26,601 nt of DNA from Sulfurimonadaceae bacterium (GCA_041548245.1 JBFESZ010000021.1:1-26601); one strand, 5' to 3'. Numbered from the stretch's first letter, positions 17,651-26,361 are shown. The notes: generated by a model from the letters alone, not told the origin. Translations and numbers: made by a program.

Positions 17651-18904
17651 ATGAACAACTATGATGAGAAATTCAACACCGCAATAAAATCTACCTATTT
17701 TTATAAACTCAAACCCGAGCAGAAAGACTTCATCAGGGAAAAGGCCTATGCTCATCGATTTTCCTTTCAACAGCTACGCCTCATCATCGAGATGGCTAAT
17801 GACCTTGAGATGTGGGATGAAAGCAATATCATAGATCTTTGGCCTGAGCATACCCATGCGAAAGTGATCTTGCAGCGTCTTACCAAAAGCTATGAAGCAC
17901 TTAAAAACAAGCCAAACTCATACAAAGGTTTTAATCCAAGTGTCTTACGTTCAGAACAGAAATTCAAATTTGTCACACAGGAGAAAGAGGGCTTTGGTCT
18001 AGGGATGTGTCCAGTCGCTTCAGAAGAGACACGTTGCTGCAATCTCATGACTCTTGACGCGGTCGAGAGCTGCGGATTTGACTGTTCCTACTGCACCATA
18101 CAGTCTTTTTACAAACAAGACAAAATCACCTTTGATTCCGGCTTTAAAGAGAAACTTGCAAAACTCCAACTTGACCCTAACCGTACCTACCACATAGGGA
18201 CAGGACAATCTTCTGACTCTTTGATGTGGGGAAACAAAGAAGGTGTACTCGACGCTCTTTTTGATTTTGCCCGCCGTAATCCGAATGTGATCTTGGAGTT
18301 CAAGACAAAATCAGACAATATCAAGTACTTTCTTGAGAATGATGTCCCGAGGAATATCATCTGCACATGGTCTCTAAACACCCCTGTTATCATCGAAAAT
18401 GAAGAGCATTTGGCCGCTTCACTGGAAAAACGTATAGGCTCGGCACGTGCCCTGGCCGACAAAGGTGTCATCGTTGGTTTTCACTTCCATCCTATCGTCG
18501 AATACGAGAACTACTTAAATGACTATAAAGCAGTCTATGACGAGCTGATAAACAGATTCAAACCGGAGGAAGTTGCATTGGTCTCTATGGGAACATTGAC
18601 CTTTATTAAACCTGTCATCCAGAAGCTTCGTCAACGAAACTTCAAATCAAAGATCTTGCAGATGCCTTTTGATGATGCAGCAGGAAAAGCCTCCTATCCT
18701 GTCTCTATTAAAGAAGAGATGTTCAAACATGCCTACGAAAGCTTTAAACTCTGGCATAGGAAAGTCTTTTTCTATCTCTGTATGGAGGACCACTCATTAT
18801 GGAAAAAATGTTTCGGATATGAGTACTTCAGCAATATGGACCTAGAGAGAGCAATGGTTTCAAGCTATTGTGAGAAAACGGGGATGGAATATATCTACTC
18901 TTAA
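17651..18904 (+). CDS. Radical SAM protein, spore photoproduct lyase (SplB)-like family
   Basis: CxxxCxxC motif (CGFDCSYC) plus SPL-family motifs SSDSL, FKTKS, WSLN, E...ASLEKRI..A, GF.FHPI and YLCME. Confidence 0.85.
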   Translation: MNNYDEKFNTAIKSTYFYKLKPEQKDFIREKAYAHRFSFQQLRLIIEMANDLEMWDESNIIDLWPEHTHAKVILQRLTKSYEALKNKPNSYKGFNPSVLRSEQKFKFVTQEKEGFGLGMCPVASEETRCCNLMTLDAVESCGFDCSYCTIQSFYKQDKITFDSGFKEKLAKLQLDPNRTYHIGTGQSSDSLMWGNKEGVLDALFDFARRNPNVILEFKTKSDNIKYFLENDVPRNIICTWSLNTPVIIENEEHLAASLEKRIGSARALADKGVIVGFHFHPIVEYENYLNDYKAVYDELINRFKPEEVALVSMGTLTFIKPVIQKLRQRNFKSKILQMPFDDAAGKASYPVSIKEEMFKHAYESFKLWHRKVFFYLCMEDHSLWKKCFGYEYFSNMDLERAMVSSYCEKTGMEYIYS

Positions 18905-18927
18905 AATCCTAAAAGGAAAAAAACCTT

Positions 18928-19755
18928 TTAGTAGTCAGACACAACACCCAGCTGATCCATCACGTTATCGATGATGTCTTCGAGCATCTCGTGATCATAC
19001 CCGGCATCAGCAGCTTTGCGCAGACCGAAGGTAATGGACTGTTCAGAAAACGGTGCATTGACAGGAACGACTGTTTTTACGATATTAAGCGCTGTCGCGT
19101 ACTCTTTGATCTCTTCAGGAGCTTTCTGATAAGTATCAGAAAAACGGATCATCTCAACAAAGGTCTCATCAAACTTCCAGTGCTCAAAAATAGCAGCTGT
19201 CACTGTTGCCGTTGTCTCTTCAACATAAGAAAACTCGACTTGAGGAATATTGTTCGTCGTCTCTATCTCAGACTTGAAATTGAACAACAGGTCCTCTTTG
19301 ATGATATCTGAAGCGATGATGATTTTACCCGTCTCTTGAAGAAAAGAGGCCAGGAAAAGGTTCTCCATCTTTTTTCTATCGATCTTTGAATACCAGTTAT
19401 GCATCAATACGGCCTGCTGATTAGAGATTTCAGCAAACTTTTCTGATGTGATACCGTAAGGCTCCATATCAACATTCAACAGTTTGCGTACAGAGTTCCC
19501 TATCGCAATTGAACGTGTCATACTCATACCAAAAAGAGAAACAGCCTGAGCAACACTTTTAATCTCTTTGCCAAAACAGTATAAAGGCGAATTTGCTGCC
19601 TTTAAAAGGTTGGCAACGATCATAGGATCTTTGTCGACAACATTGACTAGATCGTTAATACCAGCATCCGGATCAGCACAAACTTGCTGTAATTCAACAA
19701 TAGTCTTGGGTAAGGCTGGCAGAGATTTGATACTTTCTACGAGAGATGTCTTCAT
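18928..19755 (-). CDS. Stand-alone HDOD domain protein
   Basis: Motifs LPALP, DPMIVANLLKAANSPLY, IKSVAQAVSLFG, LFLASFLQETGK and W.F. Confidence 0.9.
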   Translation of the reverse strand: MKTSLVESIKSLPALPKTIVELQQVCADPDAGINDLVNVVDKDPMIVANLLKAANSPLYCFGKEIKSVAQAVSLFGMSMTRSIAIGNSVRKLLNVDMEPYGITSEKFAEISNQQAVLMHNWYSKIDRKKMENLFLASFLQETGKIIIASDIIKEDLLFNFKSEIETTNNIPQVEFSYVEETTATVTAAIFEHWKFDETFVEMIRFSDTYQKAPEEIKEYATALNIVKTVVPVNAPFSEQSITFGLRKAADAGYDHEMLEDIIDNVMDQLGVVSDY

Positions 19756-19801
19756 CTATTTAACACCTATATATATTAATTTCATTTTTATTATTGTACC
19801 A

Positions 19802-22636
19802 CTACTTTTTTATATCTAACTGATTAGTGTGCAGTGCCAGCTCTTTTTCTAAGAACTGACCAGTATACGAACCCGTCTCTTTATGATATTGAGCCAACTC
19901 CTCAGGTGAACCTACACCGACCACCCGTCCGCCTTTTGCTCCGCCTTCAGGCCCCATATCGATGATATAGTCAGCATTCTTTATCATATCCAGGTTATGC
20001 TCGATCACCAAAACAGAATTTCCCAACTCCACAAAATGATGTAAGACATCTGTCAGACGATTGACATCATCAAAATGCAGACCTGTCGTCGGTTCATCCA
20101 GAATATACAAGGTTTTACCCGTGTCTTTACGGCTCAGCTCTTTAGAGAGCTTTATACGCTGGGCTTCTCCGCCTGAAAGTGTGACGGCGTTTTGGCCAAG
20201 GTTTATATACCCCAGACCGACATCATGCAGGGTCTGAAGTTTTGCTTTTATTTTGGGAATAGGTGCAAAGAATTCCAAGGCCTCTGTCACACTCATGTTC
20301 AATACATCAGAGATCGACTTGCCCTTGTATAATATCTCCAGAGATTGTGGATTGTAACGCTGGCCATGACATGAATCACATTTGACCATGATATCGGGCA
20401 AAAAGTGCATCTCAATCTTGATCTCACCCTCACCCTGACACTTCTCACAACGCCCACCTTTTACATTAAAACTGAAACGTGAAGCAGTATAGCCTCGTAT
20501 CTGAGCTTCTTTTGTCTTGGCAAAAAGATTACGCAGTTCATCCATCACTCCGGTATAAGTTGCCGGATTCGAGCGCGGTGTCCTACCGATCGGACTTTGA
20601 TCCAAAAAGATAACCTTGTCAAGTTTTTCAAGTCCCTCAATCTCAACACCTTTGACTTTTTTTACCTTGCGCGCATGATTAAGCAGCTCTCGTGCAACCG
20701 GTAGAAGAGTCTGAAGAATAAGTGATGACTTTCCGCTTCCGCTTACTCCACTGACACAGACAAAGTTATTCAAAGGCAACTTGACCGATACATCTTGAAT
20801 ATTATTGATCGTGACATTTTTAATCTCAATCCACTCCTCTTGCGGACGGCGGTAAAAATATTCTATCTGTTTTCGGCCATACAGGTAATCAGCCGTCAAG
20901 GTCTTTGCCTTGCTCATCTGCTTACGTGTTCCTGCAAAAACGACCTCTCCTCCATATTTTCCTGCCCCCGGACCGATATCAATGATATAGTCAGCATTTT
21001 CTATGGTCTCCTTGTCATGTTCAACAACGATAACAGTATTGCCTTTCTCCTGCAAAGAACGCAGGGTTCGAATAAGCTTCAAGGTGTCTCTTTCATGCAA
21101 ACCGATACTCGGCTCATCCAGCACATACATCACACCCGTCAGTCCGCTTCCGATCTGCGAAGCGATACGAATCCGCTGAGCTTCACCTCCACTGATTGAG
21201 CGTGCATCGCGTGAAAGAGAGAGGTAACCCAGTCCTACATCATACAAAAAGAAGAGCCTCTCTTTGATCTCATTCAAGATAGGCTCACCGATCATTTTTA
21301 TCTGTGCAGAGAAGTGATTGAAGTTTTTTTCGTCACTGAAAAAAGTATAAGTATCCTCAATAGGCATGCGTATCAGTTCAGATATTTTTTTGCCGCTGAC
21401 ATCAACGGCAAGGCTCTCTTTTCGAAGACGGTTACCATCACATTTTGAGCAGACCTTCTCACTCATATAGTCCTGCAGCTCTTTTTCATCTTTGAACATA
21501 TCATAGGCTATTTTGGTGATGCCTGGCCAGATACGCTTAATCGGATGCCCTTTCCATTCAAACTCTATCTCGTCAATGCTGCCATGAAGAATTGCCTTCT
21601 TCTGATACTCTTCAAGCTCTGAGAAGGACTTACTTATAGAGATTTTCTCATGGGCGCAAAAACCTTTGAGAAATGTGAAATAGTACCCCTTGTTAAACCC
21701 GTAAACAATCTTTACAGCACCTTTTTCAATACTCAGGTCAGGATCTATGATTTTATCCGTATCCAAAGCATAACGGATACCAAGACCATCACACTCCGTA
21801 CAAGCCCCCTTAGGCGAGTTAAAAGAGAAAGAGAGAGGCTCAAGCGGCTCAAAACTCACCTTACAATCGTGGCAGGCCAGATGCTCACTGTAATGAACAA
21901 CCTTCTCATCAAAACCCATCTCTTCATGGTTTAAAACCTCTATCTCAAGTTCACCGTAGGACTCTTTAAGAGCTTTTTCAACATCTTGAGCAATACGTTC
22001 TTTATTGTCTTCTTTAATGACAATACGGTCAATCACGACCTTAATGGTATGCTTCTTTGTTTTTGAAAGTTCAATCTCTTCATCCAGACGCACCATCACA
22101 CCGTCAATCATAGCCCGGACATAACCTTTAGCCGATAATGAAGCCAGCAAATCGGAAAATGTGCCTTTTTTCTCACGAATCAAAGGGGCCAAAATAATGA
22201 CTTTTGATCCTACTGGAAGTTTAGCTACCTGTTCGATGATATCTGAAGCGTTCATCTGTGAGATAGGTTTTGAACAGATATGACAATGCTGCACACCCAC
22301 ACGAGCGAATAGAAGACGAAGATAATCATAAATCTCTGTGATCGTCCCTACCGTAGAACGAGGGTTTTTTGAAGTCGTCTTCTGATCGATCGCAATGGCT
22401 GGAGTCAGACCTTCTATCTTGTCGACTTCAGGCTTGCCTATCTTATCCAAGAACTGACGTGCATATGAAGATAGTGATTCTATATAGCGTCGTTGTCCCT
22501 CTGCATACAAGGTATCAAACGCCAACGTCGACTTTCCACTTCCGCTCAGTCCTGTACAGACGACAAGTTTGTTTTTTGGAATTTCCAAAGAGACATTTTT
22601 AAGGTTGTTTTCACGTGCACCTGTAATTTTTATCAT
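19802..22636 (-). CDS. uvrA: Excinuclease ABC subunit A
   Basis: Motifs GARENNLK, GLSGSGKSTL, EGQRRY, two xSGGEAQR signatures, GVSGSGKS, zinc-finger CxxC pairs, and DEPSIGLH/DEPTTGLH. Confidence 0.99.
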   Translation of the reverse strand: MIKITGARENNLKNVSLEIPKNKLVVCTGLSGSGKSTLAFDTLYAEGQRRYIESLSSYARQFLDKIGKPEVDKIEGLTPAIAIDQKTTSKNPRSTVGTITEIYDYLRLLFARVGVQHCHICSKPISQMNASDIIEQVAKLPVGSKVIILAPLIREKKGTFSDLLASLSAKGYVRAMIDGVMVRLDEEIELSKTKKHTIKVVIDRIVIKEDNKERIAQDVEKALKESYGELEIEVLNHEEMGFDEKVVHYSEHLACHDCKVSFEPLEPLSFSFNSPKGACTECDGLGIRYALDTDKIIDPDLSIEKGAVKIVYGFNKGYYFTFLKGFCAHEKISISKSFSELEEYQKKAILHGSIDEIEFEWKGHPIKRIWPGITKIAYDMFKDEKELQDYMSEKVCSKCDGNRLRKESLAVDVSGKKISELIRMPIEDTYTFFSDEKNFNHFSAQIKMIGEPILNEIKERLFFLYDVGLGYLSLSRDARSISGGEAQRIRIASQIGSGLTGVMYVLDEPSIGLHERDTLKLIRTLRSLQEKGNTVIVVEHDKETIENADYIIDIGPGAGKYGGEVVFAGTRKQMSKAKTLTADYLYGRKQIEYFYRRPQEEWIEIKNVTINNIQDVSVKLPLNNFVCVSGVSGSGKSSLILQTLLPVARELLNHARKVKKVKGVEIEGLEKLDKVIFLDQSPIGRTPRSNPATYTGVMDELRNLFAKTKEAQIRGYTASRFSFNVKGGRCEKCQGEGEIKIEMHFLPDIMVKCDSCHGQRYNPQSLEILYKGKSISDVLNMSVTEALEFFAPIPKIKAKLQTLHDVGLGYINLGQNAVTLSGGEAQRIKLSKELSRKDTGKTLYILDEPTTGLHFDDVNRLTDVLHHFVELGNSVLVIEHNLDMIKNADYIIDMGPEGGAKGGRVVGVGSPEELAQYHKETGSYTGQFLEKELALHTNQLDIKK

Positions 22637-23358
22637 TATAAGAATGTCCTTGCTAATAGATAAGATAAGACCAGAAGGTAAAACAGAAGAAGTAGCCGTT
22701 TCTGAATAAGCGTCTGTGTCATATGATTCAATTGGACTCCGATAAAGACACCGAGTAATGAAGCCGCACCGATCACAAGCCCGTCAAAATAGGCGATCTG
22801 ACCAGCCATAGAAAGACTTATCAGGCCGGAGACGGATGAAAAAACGACAAAGAACAGGCCGGCAGATATAGCTTTTTTAAGTTCAAAATGCAAAAAGCCC
22901 ACTAAGACAGGTACCAACAAAATCGACCCGCCTACACCAATTGAAATGGCGAACACCCCTATTATCGCACCTATAACAAACAGTACAAGAGGATGAGCCG
23001 ATCGTGTTTCCTTATAGAGTGCCGGTTTATAGGCCATTCGAGCCAGAGCAATCAACACAAAAAGTATAAAAGTATACTCAAGTATCTGTGAGGAGAGAGA
23101 CGAGACAACAAAACCGCTAAGCATTGCTCCGAAAAAACCCCCTATCCCAATAGAGAAAAGTGTGTCAAACTGTAATGAGCCTTTTTTAAAATTAAGAAAT
23201 GATCCATAGACTGAACTAAAGACCATCTGCATGACTGAGATTCCGATGGCGACTTTTATATCATATCCCATTAACAAAAGTATCGGTACAAGGATAGTAC
23301 CACCACCGATACCGAAAAAACCGGAAAGTATACCAACTCCAGCCCCAAGAGCAGTCAT
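22636..23358 (-). CDS. Sulfite exporter TauE/SafE family membrane protein (start uncertain)
   Basis: Two repeats of G..SG.FGIGGG..LVP / IGVGGS..LVP, about 8 TM helices. The stop overlaps the uvrA ATG. The hydrophilic 53-aa N-terminal extension in the ORF track is probably not translated. Confidence 0.88.
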   Translation of the reverse strand: MTALGAGVGILSGFFGIGGGTILVPILLLMGYDIKVAIGISVMQMVFSSVYGSFLNFKKGSLQFDTLFSIGIGGFFGAMLSGFVVSSLSSQILEYTFILFVLIALARMAYKPALYKETRSAHPLVLFVIGAIIGVFAISIGVGGSILLVPVLVGFLHFELKKAISAGLFFVVFSSVSGLISLSMAGQIAYFDGLVIGAASLLGVFIGVQLNHMTQTLIQKRLLLLFYLLVLSYLLARTFL

Positions 23359-23671
23359 CTCTAAAATTATTAATGCTTCTATGTTTTCTCTTTCTCTAAA
23401 AGGATTTTCTACGATGTAGATTCGATTTTTACTGATTTTATGAAGAAACTTTTCACCTTGGGCAAAACCGTCTCGACTAGTTTTGGAATTGTACTCTACT
23501 TTCACAAAGAAGGGCATTAAACATATAAATTATGTTTAGAGGCTTAAAATACTCATACACACAAAAAAAGAAAGTGTTTTGTAGCGTATTGTCATAGAAA
23601 CACCCACCCAATCTTTTTATGGAATTTGTACACAAGCCGTAGCTATTAAACTTCACTTAATTAGATTTTCC

Positions 23672-23677
23672 TATAAT
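23672..23677 (+). promoter_or_regulatory. -10 box for cheX-fliN-fliO
   Basis: TATAAT lies 34 nt upstream of ATG 23712, with an AGGA SD in between. Confidence 0.5.
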
Positions 23678-23711
23678 TCACACTATTATACATATTATAT
23701 CAGGACAGGCT

Positions 23712-24134
23712 ATGATCTCACTTATCGTTGAAGCTGCTGAAAACTTTCTTCAAAACCAAATCGAACTTAAGACAGAAAAAACCGACACATTATCGCAAGT
23801 GAGAACAGTAATTGCTTCTATTGATGTAAAGATGGATGATGGTGAGACGAAAAGCGTCTATCTTGGATTCAATGAATCACTGGTTAAAGAGATTGTTTCT
23901 GTGTATCTTATGGAAGACGATCCGGATGAGCAGACGATGATTGACATGGCACTTGAATCGACCAATATGATTGTCGGAAGTGCCAAAGTATTGGCTGAAG
24001 AAGCTCAAAAAGAACATTTTATGATAACAACACCTAAGTTTAAAGCCATAGAGACATTTAACAACTGTAAATGCAGTCAACTCTCTGTCTTAAAAACACC
24101 CAAAGAGGATCTAGTTATCGGCATTAAAGGGTAA
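23712..24134 (+). CDS. CheX-like chemotaxis phosphatase family protein
   Basis: ExxN motif (LESTNMIVGSAK) followed by ITTP. It lies directly upstream of fliN, as in other Campylobacterota. Confidence 0.7.
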   Translation: MISLIVEAAENFLQNQIELKTEKTDTLSQVRTVIASIDVKMDDGETKSVYLGFNESLVKEIVSVYLMEDDPDEQTMIDMALESTNMIVGSAKVLAEEAQKEHFMITTPKFKAIETFNNCKCSQLSVLKTPKEDLVIGIKG

Positions 24135-24140
24135 GATCAT

Positions 24141-24509
24141 ATGCCAGAAGAATATGAAGATTCATTTCCGGAAGAGATAGCTAAGAACAAAGCTGATGCG
24201 ATTAATCTCAATGATGAAGAGATTGAAGAACTAGCATGGATGAATTATGATGGACTTCTTGATATGGAAGTCGAGTTTATTGCTGATCTCGGTCAGACAA
24301 CACTGACCATCAGAGAAATACTTGCCCTGCAAAAAGGTTCTGTGATTGATTTGAACAAACCTGCCGGCGAGAGCGTGGAAGCCTATGTAAACAACCGTAT
24401 TATCGGTAAGGGTGAAGTGATGGTTTATGAAAAAAACCTTGCTATTCGTATTAATGAAGTCCTTGATTCCACTTCTGTTATCTATTATCTATCAAAAGAA
24501 CGCTTATGA
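24141..24509 (+). CDS. fliN: Flagellar motor switch protein FliN
   Basis: SpoA domain motifs LGQTTLTIREIL.L.KGSVIDLNK.AGESVE, GKGEVMV and AIRI. Confidence 0.93.
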   Translation: MPEEYEDSFPEEIAKNKADAINLNDEEIEELAWMNYDGLLDMEVEFIADLGQTTLTIREILALQKGSVIDLNKPAGESVEAYVNNRIIGKGEVMVYEKNLAIRINEVLDSTSVIYYLSKERL

Positions 24510-25354
24510 GAATCATCTTATTTCTATTACTACCTCTTTTCCTTTTCGGTTCCAAGATACTCTCATATAATGTCTATGAACGTTCCAGCCGGGTCGATAT
24601 CATGCTTACCTTTGACACACCCTATGAAGGCAAACTCTCAAAGACCCTACACAACAATAAGATCATACTTAAACTCAAGGATGCTTCCATCGAGGCACCC
24701 AAGATCAAGAACATCAATACGTCATACCTTCATAAGATGACCATTACCCCTATTAATGCCCATACAGAGATCATTCTGCAAACAGCACCGGGTGTATCTA
24801 TGAGTGCATCAAAGACAAGTGATGCCTATGGACTGCGTCTTCGTTTCATTAAAGGCGAACCTCTGAAGAAAGCAGACGGTATCACAAAGACGCTTGATCA
24901 ACAAACAGATACATTACCGACTAAAAAAAGCAACGAGCTTAACAACTCATACTATATTGTGATTGCTATCTTGCTTCTTGGAATTATCATTATGTTATGG
25001 CTTAAGAAGAAAATGGGACTACCTACAAGTCAAGGAAAACAACCTTGGCTGTTTAAGGGAATTACGAAAAAAGAAGGTATCGCCATACGTTTTCAAAAGG
25101 CACTTGATCCTAAAAACCGTGTGGTCATGCTTGAATATGAAGGGCAAAGCTATTTAGTTCTCATCGGTAATTCCAACCTTTTGCTTGACAAATATAACGG
25201 TAATAAACCTATTACTACACAAGGCGAATTTGACAGGCTTCTGGATGAGAACAGGACAGAGCTTGACTCTTACCTTCAACTTGATTCCAGTGAGATAGAG
25301 CCGTTGCAGTCCTATAAAGAAAAAGCCTCAGGCAAGATTCACGAGCTAATATAA
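24506..25354 (+). CDS. FliO-like flagellar biogenesis protein with an N-terminal periplasmic (AMIN-like) domain
   Basis: Signal peptide, periplasmic domain and a TM helix, then the FliO-like FQKALDPKNRVVMLEYEG..YLVLIG. Overlaps the fliN stop codon. Confidence 0.7.
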   Translation: MRIILFLLLPLFLFGSKILSYNVYERSSRVDIMLTFDTPYEGKLSKTLHNNKIILKLKDASIEAPKIKNINTSYLHKMTITPINAHTEIILQTAPGVSMSASKTSDAYGLRLRFIKGEPLKKADGITKTLDQQTDTLPTKKSNELNNSYYIVIAILLLGIIIMLWLKKKMGLPTSQGKQPWLFKGITKKEGIAIRFQKALDPKNRVVMLEYEGQSYLVLIGNSNLLLDKYNGNKPITTQGEFDRLLDENRTELDSYLQLDSSEIEPLQSYKEKASGKIHELI

Positions 25355-25377
25355 ACTCGCTTAGATAATTTTGTCCA

Positions 25378-25399
25378 TCTCTTTATCATGCTAAAGAGA
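25378..25399. terminator. Hairpin between the convergent fliO-like and dus genes
   Basis: TCTCTTTA-TCATGC-TAAAGAGA, an 8-bp stem. Confidence 0.35.
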
Positions 25400-25416
25400 A
25401 TCCCTTAAAGCAGGGC

Positions 25417-26361
25417 TTAAGCCTCTTCCGTTGTATTATAGAAGTCTTCCAGGACCTTTCTGAATTCATCAATGTCATTGATCGTATTGACTTGGTTTCT
25501 CAATGCCGATGCACCTTTGAGGCCCTTGCAGTAGGTGTGGATATGTTTTCTGAACATTGGCACACCATGTCCGCCGTAAAACTCGATCATCTTGTCATAA
25601 TGTTCCAGGACGATCTCTTTTTTCAGTGCTATACTGACATCTTTCTCATTAGTCTTAAGCTGATGAAATATCCATGGCTGGCCAATTGCCCCACGACCTA
25701 TCATCAGACCATCTGCCTTCGTATGTTCAAGTACCCATTGTGCTTTTTCATAATCCGTGATATCACCATTGGCAATCACCGGAATACTTAATGCCTCTTT
25801 GACTTCGGCAATGGCATCATAATCGACCTCAGCCTTGAAGCGCCCTGCTCTGGTACGACCATGAACCGCAATAAAGTCGGCACCCGCATCCTGTACCACT
25901 TTGGCGATCTCAATATGATTTTTTTCACTGAATCCCAAACGGATTTTTACACTCGTATAAGGCTTATTTGATGTCTTTTTAATCGTCTCAATCAATCTTC
26001 CCATCTGATCAAGATCTCGTAGTAAAGATGAACCCGATCCTCCACCGACGACCTTTGGGACAGGACAGCCACAATTAAAATCAATAGCATCGACACCTTC
26101 TTGGGTATTGATAAACTCAACTGCCCCTCTGACCACATCCACATCTCCACCTGCAATCTGCACAGAATAAGGATCTTCAATGGCATTTTTCTCAAGCATC
26201 TTTATCGATTTTTCCGAATTATGGATAAGAGCGTTTGAACTCACCATCTCTGAAACAGTCAGATCCGCACCGAACTTTTTTACAACAGAACGAAAAGGCA
26301 GGTCCGTATACCCTGCCAATGGTGCCAAAACGTATAAGGTCTTATCAAAAGATAGTTTCAT
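25417..26361 (-). CDS. dusB: tRNA-dihydrouridine synthase (DusB-like)
   Basis: Motifs LAPLAGYTDLPFR, SEMV, NCGCP, KIRLG, VHGRTR, ANGDI and MIGRG. Confidence 0.9.
   Translation of the reverse strand: MKLSFDKTLYVLAPLAGYTDLPFRSVVKKFGADLTVSEMVSSNALIHNSEKSIKMLEKNAIEDPYSVQIAGGDVDVVRGAVEFINTQEGVDAIDFNCGCPVPKVVGGGSGSSLLRDLDQMGRLIETIKKTSNKPYTSVKIRLGFSEKNHIEIAKVVQDAGADFIAVHGRTRAGRFKAEVDYDAIAEVKEALSIPVIANGDITDYEKAQWVLEHTKADGLMIGRGAIGQPWIFHQLKTNEKDVSIALKKEIVLEHYDKMIEFYGGHGVPMFRKHIHTYCKGLKGASALRNQVNTINDIDEFRKVLEDFYNTTEEA

Noticed and set aside
23463-23486. GGCAAAACC... resembling the start of a c-di-GMP-I riboswitch
   Set aside because: There is no GNRA tetraloop/receptor and no second GCAAAG stem, and the orientation and position do not fit a downstream gene.
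23359-23517. 53-aa N-terminal extension of the TauE ORF
   Set aside because: It is hydrophilic, lacks an SD at 23517 and contains a probable -10 box, so it is more likely promoter/UTR than coding sequence.
23536-23595. 19-aa minus-strand ORF MTIRYKTLSFFVCMSILSL, in frame with tauE
   Set aside because: It is very short with a weak SD and is separated from tauE by two stop codons. It cannot be distinguished from chance.
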